The notes under the pieces: generated by a model
What the model was told of the DNA's origin: nothing
Database searches by the model: none
Seen by the model: only the letters and a program-made list of their open reading frames with translations
Source: Eledone cirrhosa
Taxonomy: Eukaryota
Direction of reading: 5' to 3'
Assembly: GCA_964016885.1 (NCBI GenBank)
Contig: OZ024763.1
Coordinates: forward strand, 7,378,001-7,442,000
DNA length: 64,000 nucleotides
Translations under genes and position numbers: made by a program
Shown: positions 37,974 through 51,600 of the stretch, one piece after another
How the letters are laid out: the number at the start of each line of letters is the position of its first letter
How positions within the stretch are numbered: position 1 is the first letter of the stretch

Positions 37974-40900
37974 TACAAAATTACTATCAAAATTAAAATT
38001 TATAAACCTACTTTCTATTAAAAAGAAAAATTGATGTAGTGGCCTTCATGGCTTTCCCAATGATATTAATTCAAAATGGTTCACTTTCATTTTTATTCTT
38101 CGCGAGCTTCCGTAAAATATACCTTATCATTTCTCTAGGGTTGATTTCATCCTACAACCTGATGATCTGCAGGGACATTCATCAATGGTCATACCTGATT
38201 ATATATATACATGTGTGTGTGTGTGTTATATTTGATCCTGCTATGTTGTGCTCAGCAATAATGGTTTTCAATTCCGTCTTCCCTCCATCCTTGGTGTGTA
38301 TATAAATCTATATATGTGATTTCAACGTACAACGACAATATATACATCATTTTTGTTTGATAAAACTAATTCTACAACCCCTGATAAACATTGAAACCAC
38401 GACTATAAAATATAACAACAACCACGACATAACAGCTTTGGTTAAATATAATTTAATTAAATTATTGCTAGAGATTGATCCCTAATATTTCTTCTCACTC
38501 CTTAACCAGAGAGAAAATGTCCTCGGACTCGGACAATATTGATAAGGAGAGAGTGTATCCATACTTGGCAAATCTTTCCAGTTCACATGGTATATAAAAG
38601 GCAGTAAGAGGTGACTTGTTACTCCTACGAACGACATTGTCAGTTAGCCTTCTATAGCGAGGGAAGAAGGCTGTGTGTTTTTTCTCCTATCACATAACAT
38701 ACATTTGTCATTCATTAGATATCAATATACAAGAGAAAGAAAAAATTGAGAGCTTCACTCTTTTAAAAGTAACATTTATTACATTAGAATTAACGATAGT
38801 TTGTGACACTAAACATGGAAACACTGCGAACAATTTTGAGACAAGCTAATTACTATGAGAAGGACAAATCTTCAACGCCTAGATATTTCTAAAGAAAACT
38901 GAAATGAGAAATTGATTGAAATGGAATAATTATTGAGACACCTTACAATATTTTTCGGGATATGTCTTACCTTATTTTGAAGAAATAAATGTTTCGGGAA
39001 AGAGTTAATAAGAAGCTATATATATATACATTGCTTATATATATATATATACTTTAATTATTATATTTGTACAACGAAGTTATAAAAAGGAAGCATGATT
39101 TGGTATCGAATGTGGAGCAAAAAACGAGCTTCTTGTACCCCTCACAGAAGAATTGTGAATATGTATGAATATGAATTGAAAGATGGCTAACCATGTTGAC
39201 GCAAAAGAGGGAGACGGATAATAGAAATAATAAAACATTCTGTTCCCTAGCTAAATGCTGAAAAATCTAAAACTCTAGATGAATATGTATGATACCACTG
39301 AGAAAATTGTCAACCGACATCCGAAAAAACGGTGAGGCTCTTGAAGCAACCAAGAGAAGAAGAAAACAGAAAACACTATAATTATTTAAGGATCTATCTT
39401 GTGAAAGAAATGTGAACTTTTGTAAATTTAGAGGAGATAAATCTTAGGGGAGCAGGATAAAAATATAAAGACTATTTAAATATTAGTACACTATTCCATA
39501 TAAATGTGAAGACTTGAAAATATCAACATTAGTTCACTATACCAAGGACAAACACTTAGAATTACAACTTTGGAGGAGATTAATCAAACGAGTGACATGA
39601 TAGAAATATTTAAAATAATGAAAGCACTTCAAAATACAGAATTGGGGAAGAAAATGAAAATTGATATATAAACCTACTTTCTATTTTTGAAGCTTAATTG
39701 ACGTGGTGGCGTTCATACCTTTCTCAGTCTTATTAATACCGCAAAGATGTCGACATGTCTTTTACTATTCTGTAGTTTTCAGAAAATATATCATGATTTT
39801 ATTTTTATCTCTTTAGGTTTGATTTGATGCTATAACCACCTGATGTCCTTCAAATGTCATACCTCAGTGTCTAGATGGTGGCCTGGCTTGATGGTTTCTA
39901 AACAGATAGCCCTTTAAACTTGTGTTGCGTATGCAATAATCGTATCAGCAAATGATGATGGGACCATGTTGAAGCAACGTTATGTGCATCCTTCCAAATT
40001 CGATATGGTAAGCTATGTTCTTTTTATCAGCTTCGGCTTTTATTTATAAACGTTTATGTACGTACGAGTCTAGATAAGCGTACGTATGTATACCTGTTTA
40101 AGCTTGTGTGTATATAAGTATTTATAATAATTGTTTCTACGTTTGGCACAAGGCCAGCAATTACCCAGTGCATTACTGGTACTTTATTTTATCGAGCCTG
40201 TAAGGATGAAAGGCAAAGTTAACCTCGGCGGGATTTGAACTCAGAATGGCAAGAGCCGTAACTCTATACGTCAAAGCATGACGTCCGACCCTCTACTGAT
40301 ACTGCCAATCCACCGCCCTCTAAACAACGCCTTTCATCCTTACGGAGTCGATAAAATAAAGTACCAGTAATGTACTGGGTAATTTGCTGGCCTTGTGCCT
40401 AAAGTAGAAACAATTATAAGTATTTATAATAATGTTGTCCTCCCCACTTTATTGTGACAACTACTACTATTAATAATTTTAACAATATTTTTATTATTAA
40501 TTCCACACGTCTCTTATCCTCAACACTTGCTATGGCTTTCCCTCTTACATGTGATATATACTTACTATATATTTACTAATCAACATTTAATGGAAGGTGT
40601 AGAGATGTGTGACGGGACATCTGGCGGAATCCTTAGTGGCGACATGAGAACTCCGTACACCTGTGCACCCGTATATATGTATATGTGTGTGTGTGTGTGT
40701 GCTCATAAGCCGAAATGTCTATGATTATAAGGTAACCCTATGTGTGTTATGTCGATGTCCATTTCCACATGGCATCTGTGGTTTTCGATGTTGTCGCCGC
40801 CTGCTTTACGTAGCATCTGAACTATCTAATATTTATTCAGAGAGGTTCTCCCGTCATATCGCAAACATTCCTTTCTGACTCACGGAATACTTGTCTAGCA

Positions 40901-41388
40901 TTATCGAGTGAAAGATATAAAAGATATCTCTGATGTTTCTATGTATGTATGTAGGGACCTATAACTTGTGAGGGAGTTGTAGAGGTCCCACATTGACATT
41001 CGGGGTGTTCGGGGCATTTTGTATAAGGTGACAGATCCGATCTCTACCCCAGATAGGTTATGTTTTCCTGAGACGGATATAGAGTGAGAGAAAGGAATTA
41101 AGAAAGAGATATAGAAGAATTGACCCCAGTACTACACTGGTACTTCGTTCTAACTACCTCGAATGGTTCAAATTGGAACAAAATCTTTGATGTACCTATA
41201 TAAGTCATACCAGTTCTATTTGTGTGTTTATGTACATATCTGTTTCCGTCAGTGTACGTAGAGTAGCAAGTTCGGTTTTCACACGAGCAAGCATGTGTCC
41301 TGATGGTTTGTCAATCGTTATTATGCTGGTATATATGTGCTTTTAATATATATGTATGAGTATTTGCATAGAAGTGTTTATGCATGTA

Positions 41389-41431
<43 letters not shown>

Positions 41432-43067
41432 GAGAAGATATGTATCATAAGAAAAGAGGAGACAAAAAAGTGTGGTACAGTATACTAGACGCCAATAGCC
41501 GAAGCGAGGTGTGCTCAATGCTTAAGGTGCAGAGTTAAATATTAAAGAAGGGTTATTATTTAATGAATATATATGTGTACGTATATATGAAATCGCCCAG
41601 GTTGGGAAACCCAAGCTAAATAAAGATGGAGTTGAGAGATCAGTGTTTAAATAATTATCCCTTCCCTACTTCCCCTTGTCTGTAGACTGTACTCTAAATA
41701 TTATATAACAACCTTAATACTTAATAATATAGACATGAAAATATAAATGTTAATACAGTATTCCAGAAATAAAATATAGATCTAATGGGAAGAGGTGAGA
41801 TTAAAGGTAAATGACACCTCTCATTTGCAATATTTTTATTGTATTGTTGTATCTAAGTATTATAGATGATTTAAATTTTATTTTGTATAAAAAGAAATAT
41901 CATTGTTTCTACTTTTGGCACAAGGCCAACAATTATCCCAGTGCATGACTGGTACTTTATTTTATCGACCCCGTAAGGATAAAAGGTAAAGTTAACCTCA
42001 GCGGGATTTGAACTCAGAGCGTAAAGGGCCGTGACTCTTTGCTGCAAAGCATGGTGTCCGACTCTCTACTGATAGTGCCAATCTACTGCCCTTAAAATTG
42101 TATTATATTTCTTATAAAAAGAAATATAATACAATATTTACAGAACGAAAGCACAAACAAATATATAATATAATATAATATAATATAAAGGAAAGGGAAA
42201 GGAAAAACAAAAGAAAAAAAACACAGAAGCTAGATGTTTCGACAGCTAGATCCGAACTAATTTGTTTACAACGTTTTTTTATATGAAATCGCATGTCGAA
42301 ACAAATTATATTTGGGGAGGGTCCAGAAATATATCATAAAACAGTTTGGGTTGGGTTGGTTTTGGCTTCCGTATATTCTACATCCCTATAGTTAATTTAG
42401 CTGGCAATCAATGTTTATCATTGATTGACCAACTGTTTATATATATATATATTTATTTATAGTCTGAGTTCTTTCATCACACACTTGTGACATCATCAGT
42501 GATATTATTGTTTCTTCCCGTTGTATTGTAATGTTTACTTATTCAATTGTTTATTCATTTGTCTCGATTTCCGAATGTGTTTCTATGCGCGTTTTCTGTT
42601 TGGTTTGTGTTCGTGTTTGTATTCTATCTTTGGTCACTAGTGTGTATTTATATGGTTGTTGTTGTTCCATTCAAGTTTTCTGTTCTACTTCGGTTTTCTT
42701 GGTTCTATTTCAGTTGCTTCCCTAATTTGGGTTTTCTTAAAGGGTTAAGGTTTACTGATCAGGGATTTTATAGTAGATCCTGACTTTTCTGCCACTTTAA
42801 TCTTTCTTATGGCCTTTGATTGGTTGTTGTACATTAAAATACAACAGGAAGAAACAATAGGATCACTGATGTTACAGGTGTGTGACGAAAGAACTCTGAG
42901 AGACTATATATATATATATATATATATAAAACTGTTGGTCAATCAATAAAACATTGATTGCTAGTTAAATTAACTATAGGGATAGATATAAAATATATGG
43001 AAGTGAAATCCAACCCAAACCAAAAAGTGAGTTTTATTATTTCTGGAAATATAATAATATCCCCCAC

Positions 43068-43115
<48 letters not shown>

Positions 43116-43161
43116 GTGGGGGATATTATTATATTTCCAGAAATAATAAAACTCACTTTTA

Positions 43162-43218
<57 letters not shown>

Positions 43219-45167
43219 ATATGTATTCCCCATTTCTCTTTTTCTATTTATCATCTATTTATTTTTGAAATAACTTTTTATAGTAATGGGCTAGAATGGT
43301 TTGACGTTGTACCTCTGTAGTTAGACGACTTAGATTTTCCATGCATTATGGCATGAAGCGACTGAGAGTACAAGACTCCACCCTGGACAGGGCGCCAGTC
43401 CATCGCAGGGTTAAACCCCCATCTATTGTTGGTACTCATTTTCAGCTGAGTCTACTGGAGCAACGTGAAATGAAGTGTTTTGCTCAAGAACACAACACAG
43501 AACCCAGGAATCGAACCCACGATGTTATGATTGTAAGTCCAAGACCCTTACCACTAGGCCACGTGCCTCTCTCTCTCTCTCTACACACACACACGTTACC
43601 CTTCTACAACTCCACGCATACTGATATCCCCTCCTGTTCAAAAGCCCCCACACTATCTCCATGTTAGCCCCCCACACATACACTCTCGCCATGTTTGTCC
43701 CCCCACACACACACTTTCGGCATGTTTGTCCCCCCCACCACACTCTCGCCATGTTTGCACCCCACCACACTCTCGCCATGTTTACCCCCACCCCCCACCG
43801 CTCTCTTCATGTTAGCCCCCCACATACACACACACCACACTCTTCATGTTAGCCATATTACCTCCACATTGTTGATGTTAACCCTATATTCTCTAAATTA
43901 ACCCCCACACAAAAAATTACCCCCTACTCACACACACACCGTTCATATAACAAATATTGTTTTAATTTTGTAGTGACCCAGTCCCGTCCTGACAACCTTA
44001 CAGAAGAAGGGGACGTCATTGTTCTGGCTGACCACACCAATACCCACCCATTTGCCCTCTGTCAACATAAACGTAAATATTATCTCTGAGATTGGTCTGG
44101 CTGTCTACCATCTCCAGTTTAAACTGACCGGAGATGGTAAACAACACTGTATATCTATGGTAAGTATTGTTGGTTTATATTAAGGCTGTGTATATGTGTT
44201 TGTGTGTGTGTTTGTGTGTATTTAACACTTTAGCATTCACATTACTCTATATCTACTATCGTATTTTTACAGTAAAGACTTGATCTCCCATAATTATTCA
44301 CATCGAATCTGAGATTTTGATGATGATATTATTTACTTTGAAAACAATACATTAACATCAGTATGTGTGGCTAGTTACGGTCGGTTTGAACAGAAAGAGG
44401 TGAGAGAATTTTGGCCAGATATGGCCGGTTTAAATGTTAAAGGGTTAAACATGCGTATGTGTTCTCTCTCTCTCCCGGTCTCTGTCTCTCTCTCTGAAGA
44501 GATGGGCTCCACCAGGTTTATAAATGCCCAAGGCACACTCTACATCTCTATGGCGCCCCGACTCCTCCAAGAGTTGGGGTACACACACACATACACATGT
44601 GCAAGTAGAAGGGAGAGAGAACGTGAGATGGGAGACACACATACATGTATGTGTCTCTCCCATCTCAGGTTCTCTCTCTCTTCTACTTACACACACGCAC
44701 ACACACACACAGTCTACAGTCAACACACACACAATCTACATTCTCCCTCCCTTCCTTCCCTCAGCCACAATAACCTTCCACCACCACCACAAAAATTCAG
44801 CCACAAATACAGGGTGACCCCCCAAAATCCATACACATATTTATTAGAATATTGTTGAAGCGTGTATACATTTTTGGGGGACACCCTGTATATGATACAT
44901 AAACTAAATAAATAAAACTAATAAATTAACCTTCTGACCCCTGGTGGTATTTCTTTCTTAGTAGGAGGAAACAACTGGTCACTACCAAATAAAAATTTAT
45001 GTGCCAGAGGGAAGGAGTGATGCTATTGATCAAACACAAGCCAGGAGTATCATCTGCCCCTCTCCTGTACTGAAGGAGTCTACCAGTGTTGATGGTTATA
45101 CCAACAGGTTTGTTATATCTATATAATCTATACATATTAGTATATTGGTCAAGTCGTATATTTGATT

Positions 45168-45217
<50 letters not shown>

Positions 45218-45219
45218 CT

Positions 45220-45679
45220 TTTCATACGTCTGAGTTTTCCTGCTTGCAAGGGTGGGACGGGTCCTATTCAGCACAGCATCTCTCCATTGTCACTGTCCTT
45301 CGTCGTCATCTGTGAGTTTCAGCGATCTGAGGTCAGCTCTTACCACTCCTGCCCATGATTTTCGTGGTCTTCCTCTACTGCATCTTCCTTCTACTGGGAT
45401 TTCTTGGCACTTCTTTACCCAGCGGTCATCCTCCATGCGCATCACATGTCCATACCATCGCAGTCTTCTCTCCTGCACACCACAACTTATCCCTCTTATA
45501 CCCAGTTTCTTTTTCAACTCGTCTATACTTGGTCGTTCACACACATTGACATTGCACATCCAACGGAGCATGCTTGATTCATTTCTCTCCAGCCGTCTCA
45601 TATCCTCCGCAGTTGCTGCCCATCTCACACAGGCATCATATAACTGGATTTTCGTTCGTAGGGAGAAACCCTTTGTCAA
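45220..45679 (-). mobile_element. RTE-clade LINE 3' fragment, duplicate
   Basis: ORF 45290-45679 with RLRWYGHVMRM and RGRPRKSW. Confidence 0.9.
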
Positions 45680-45899
45680 CAGAATGATATAGAAATGACT
45701 TCTACAGGACTAGAACTTTCATTTCAAGGAAATCGGGGCTTTCCTAATGATTTCCTTCGAATGAAATATTCCTAGTCCTGTAGAAGCTATTTCTATATTA
45801 TATTTTGTATATACTCTACTAATGTATTGAGTACTTTACCTACTGTGGTTTCCCCCTCGATTGAACCCGAGACTCTCTCACACACACACACACACACAC

Positions 45900-45965
<66 letters not shown>

Positions 45966-46473
45966 CACAATTTAATGTCCATTTTTCTACGCTTGCATGG
46001 GTTAGACGAGTTGTCCTATTGTGGGCAATGCCAGGTCAGGTGACCATGTCTTGCTCATACAGAACTGATCTTGGCTTCGCTTTAACAGCTGGAAGCCTTT
46101 CCAAACGCTAACCACATTTACAGTGAGTACTGTTTATTTTGTATGTCGTGACCCCTACACCTTGGTCAAAATCAGTGACTCCTACACCTTGGTCGGAGCA
46201 GTGATCTCTAGTTTTCTTTCAAACTATATTTTTTTATTTAAATTTAATTAAAAGAAATTTTATTAGATTTAGTTTCGGATAATTCTGTTTACATAAATAG
46301 CAAATCTTTTGATAATTTATGTAAAGTAAATATTGTATATACTTGTATATATGTCGATAAATGTGACAAAATATTGATGGTAAAATAAGGAGGAGGACTT
46401 GTCTTCGAGGTCAATATTTTGATTTCACCAACTTAAAAATTATATGTAAATGAGGTGCTATAATATTTTCTCT

Positions 46474-47752
46474 TTGGAGATGAATGTTGCACCAGTTTCA
46501 CTTTGGAGGTGAATATTACACCAGTTTCACTTTGGAATATTACACCAGTTTCACTTTGTAGGTGAATATTGCACCAGTTTCACTTTGGTGGTGGATATAT
46601 TACACCAGTTTCACTTTGGAATATTACACCAGTTTACACTTTGGAGGTGAATATTACACCAGTTTCACTTTGGAATATTACACCAGTTTCACTTTGGAAT
46701 ATTACACCAGTTTCACTTTAGAATATTACACCAGTTTCACTTTGGAATATTACACCAGTTTCATTTTGGAATATTACACTAGCTTCACTTTGGAATATTG
46801 CACCAGTTTCACTTTGGAGGTGGATATTACACCAGTTTCACTTTGCAGGTGAATATATTACACCAGTTTCACTTTGGTGGTGGATATATTACACCAGTTT
46901 CACTTTGGAGGTGAATATTTTACCAGTTTCACTTTGGAATATTACACCAGTTTACACTTTGGAGGTGAATATTACACCAGTTTCACTTTGGAATATTACA
47001 CCAGTTTCACTTTGGAATATTACACCAGTTTACACTTTGGAATATTACACCAGTTTACACTTTGGAGGTGAATATTACACCAGTTTCACTTTGGAATATT
47101 ACACCAGTTTCACTTTAGAATATTACACCAGTTTCACTTTAGAATATTACACCAGTTTCATTTTGGATATATTACACCAGTTTCACTTTGGATATATTAC
47201 ACCAGTTTCACTTTGGATATATTACACCAGTTTCACTTTGGATGTGGATATATTACACCAGTTTCACTTTGCAGGTGAATATATTATACCAGTTTCACTT
47301 TGCAGGTGAATATATTACACCAGTTTCAGTTTGGACGTGGATATATTACACCAGTTTCACTTTGCAGGTGGATATATTACATCAGTTTACACTTTGGAGG
47401 TGAATATTACACCATTTTCACTTTGGAATATTACACCAGTTTACACTTTGGAGGTGAATATTACACCAGTTTCACTTCGGAATATTACACCAGTTTACAC
47501 GTTGGAGGTGAATATTACACCATTTTACACTTTGGAGGTGAATATTTCACCAGTTTCACTTTGGAATATTACACCAGTTTACACTTTGTAGGTGAATATA
47601 TTACACCAGTTTCACTTTGGAGGTGAATATATTACACCAGTTTCACTTTGGATGTGGATATATTACACCAGTTTCACTTTGCAGGTGAATATATTACACC
47701 AGTTTCACTTTGGTGGTGGATATATTACACCAGTTTCAATTTGGAGGTGAAA
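46474..47752. repeat. 24-bp-core minisatellite, duplicate (about 230 bp shorter)
   Basis: Same unit and linker set as 16070-17575. Confidence 0.95.
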
Positions 47753-48652
47753 TTTATATTTGCTATTATATTTGATGATTTTAATGAATATGACCTTGAA
47801 ATCAATCAGAAAATGGTAACTCATTACATAAAGAAGTGAAATAAAAACTATACTCTAAATGACACTTAAAACATTTTAAATATCAAAATATTAAAACTTC
47901 ATAAATATATTCTCCACTCATGAGAATTTCAAAACTGTCGTCTGTTGATTAGCCACCATGGCTTATAAATGGGGTTTGGATTCTGTCCTATTTCTCAATT
48001 ATAAGCCGATCCCTTTTTTATTTGACTATATATAGTAATTAGGGCAAGTTAATTTAGGGTCTTTTAAAGATTGTGTGACTCCTTTTTACTCCAGTCCACT
48101 CATTAACACAGCACATTAAACACTCACACATACACACAATTACACCACACCCTCGTTACACACCACATACTCCACACATGTACTCACACACCATGTGCAC
48201 ACACACCACGCCATACACATCACTCACCACACATTATGTTCTACACACAACACATTATACTCTACACACCACACTCTACACACTACACAACGCACATTAC
48301 CTTCTACACACCTCACCACACACATCACCTTCTACACACCACACCACACATATCACCACACTACACCGTCGGACGCCATGCTTTGACGCATAGAATTACG
48401 CCCCTTTCCATTCTGAGTTCAAATCCGGCCGAGGTTAAATGTCTTTCATCATTACGGGGTCGATAAAATAAATTACCAGTGGGTAATTGCTGGACTTGTG
48501 CCAAAAGTAGAAACAATTATATTAGTTTCTGTATATTTTCTATTTTCTGTAGTTATCATGTCGAGTCATTCCTATTGTAAAATCTAAAAGTACTGTCAAA
48601 CTTTATTTGACATCACAAAAAAGTAAGTCTTACATGTTTTCCTATTTCTCAG

Positions 48653-51600
48653 CTCTCTCCATCCCTCTCTCTCTACATCCATCCCTCTCCCTCTCTCTCT
48701 CCATCCATCCCTCTCTCTCTACATACATCCCTCTCCCTCTCTCTCCATCCCTCTCTCTCTACATACATCCCTCTCCCTCTCTCTCCATCCATCCCTCTCT
48801 CTCTCCTTCCATTCCTCTCTCTCTCCTTCCATTCCTCTCTCTCTCTCTCTCCTTCCATCCCTCTCTCTCCTTCCATCCCTCTCTCTCTCTCTCTCCTTCC
48901 ATCCCTCTCTCTCTCTCTCTCTCTCTACATCCATCCCTCTCCCTCTCTCTATCCATCCCTCTCTCTCCTTCCATGCCTCTCACTCTCTATATATCTCTCT
49001 CTCCATCCATCTCTCTCTTTCTCCATACATCTCTCTCTCTCTCTCTCTCTCCATCCCTGCCTCTCTCTCTCTCTCCTTCCCTGCCTCTCTCTCTCTCTCC
49101 TTCCATGCCTCTCTCTCTCTCTCCTTCCATCCCTCTCTCTCCATCCATCCCGCTCTCTCTCTCTCTCCTTCCATCCCTCTCTCTCCTTCCATGCCTCTCA
49201 CTCTCTATATATCTCTCTCCATCCATCCCTCTCTCTCTCTCTCCATCCATCCCCCTCTCTCCATCCATCCCTCACTCTCTATACATCCCTCTCTCTCCAT
49301 CCATCCCTCTCCCTCTCTCATCCATCTCTCTCTCTCCATGTATCCCTCTCTCTCTCCATCCCTCTCTCTCTCTCCTTCCATCCCTTTCCCCCCTCTCTCT
49401 CTTCCTCTCTCTCTTCCTCTCCTTCCATCCCTCTCTCTCTATCCATCCCTCTCTCTCTACATCCATCCCTCTCTCTATATATATATCTCTCTCTCCAACC
49501 ATCCCTCTCTCATTCCTTCCATCCCTCTCTCTCTCCCGCTCTCTCCATCCCTCTCCCTCTCTCCTTCCATCCCTCTCTCTCCTTCCATGCCTCTCACTCT
49601 CTATATATCTCTCTCCATCCATCCCTCTCTCTCTCTCTCCATCCATCCCTCTCTCTCTCTCTCCATCCATCCCCCTCTCTCTATACATCCCTCTCTCTCC
49701 ATCCATCCCTCTCCCTCTCTCTCCATACATCCCTCTCCCTCTCTCATCCATCTCTCTCTCTCCATGTATCCCTCTCTCTCTCCATCCCTCTCTCTCTCTC
49801 CTTCCATCCCTTTCCCCCCTCTCTCTCTTCCTCTCTCTCTTCCTCTCCTTCCATCCCTCTCTCTCTATCCATCCCTCTCTCTATATATATATCTCTCTCT
49901 CCATCCATCCCTCTCTCATTCCTTCCATCCCTCTCTCTCTCCCTCTCTCCATCCCTCTCCCTCTCTCCATCCATGCCTCTCTCTCCATCCCCCTCTCTCT
50001 CCATCCATGCCTCTCTCTCCATCCATGCCTCTCTCTCTCCATCCATCCCCCTCTCTCTCTCCATCCATCCCCCTCTCTCTCCATCCATCCATCCTCTCTC
50101 TCCATCCATCCCCCTCTCTCTCCATCCATCCATCCTCCTCTCTCTCTATACATCCCTCTCTCTCCATCCATCGCTCTCCCGCTCTCTCTCCTTCCAATCC
50201 TCTCTGTATCCATCCATCCCCCTCCCCCTCTCTCTCTCTCTCCTTCCATCCCTCTCTGTATCCATCCATCCCCCTCCCCCTCTCTCTCTCTCTCCTTCCA
50301 TCCCTCTCTCTCTCTATACATCTCTCTCTCTCCATTCATCCCTCTCTCTCTATCCATCTCTCTCTCTCTCTCTACATCCATCCCTCTCTACATCTATCCC
50401 TCTCTCTCCTTCCAGGCCTCTCACTCTCTATATATATCTCTCCATCCCTACTCCCTCTCTCTCCATCCATCTCTCTCTCTCTCCATCCATCCCTCTCTCT
50501 CCTTCCATCTCTCTCTCTCTCTCCTTCCATGCCTCACACTCTCTCTCCATCCCCCTCTCTCTCTCCATCCATCCCCCTCTCTCTCTCTCTCCATCATACT
50601 CCCTCTCTCTATCCATCCACCCCTCTCCCGCTCTCCATCTCTCTCTCTCCTTCCATCCCTCTCTCTCTCCATCCATCCCTCTCCCGCTCTCCATCTCCCT
50701 CTCTCTCTCCATCCTACTCCCTTTCTCTCTCTCCATCCATCCCCCTCTCTCTCTCCATCCTACTCCCTCCCTCTCTCTATCCATCCATCCCTACTCCCTC
50801 TCTCCATCCACCCCTCTCTCTCTCTCCTTCCATCCGTTTCCCCCCTCTCTCTCTCTCTCTACATCCATCCCTCTCTCTCTCTCCATCCATCCCCCTCTCT
50901 CTCCTACCCCCTCTCTCTCCATCTATCCCTCTCTCTCTCCATCCCTCTCCCCATCCCTCTCTCTCCATCCATCCCTTTTTCTCCATCCATCCCTCTTTCT
51001 CCATACATCCCTCTCCCTCTCTCTCCATCCCTCTCTCTCTCCATCCATCCCTCCCTCTCTCTCCTTCCATCCCTTTCCCTCTCTCTTCCTCCCTCTCTCT
51101 CCTTCCATCCCTTTCCCCCCTCTCTCTCTTCCTCTCCTTCCATCCCTCTCTCTTCCTCTCCTTCCATCCCTCTCTCTCTCTACATCCATCCCTCTCTCTA
51201 TATCTCTCTCTCCATCCATCCCCCCCCTCTCTCTCTCTCCATCCATCCCTCTCTCTCTCTCTCTCTCTCTCCTTCCATCCCTCTCTCTCTCCCTCTCTTT
51301 CCATCCCTCTCTCTCTCCCTCTCTTTCCATCCCTCTCTCTCTCCCTCTCTTTCCATCTTCCTCTCTCCATCCCTCTCTCTCTCCATCCCTCTCTCTCCTT
51401 CCATGCCTCTCACTCTCTATATATCTCTCTCCATCCATCCCCCTCCCTCCTTCCATTCCTCTCTCTATCCATCCATCCCTACTCCCTCTCTCTCCATCCA
51501 TCCCTCTCTCTCTATACATCCCTCTCTCTCTATACATCCCTCTCTCCATCCATCCCTCTCTCACTCTCTCCTTCCATTCCTCTCTGTATCCATCCATCCC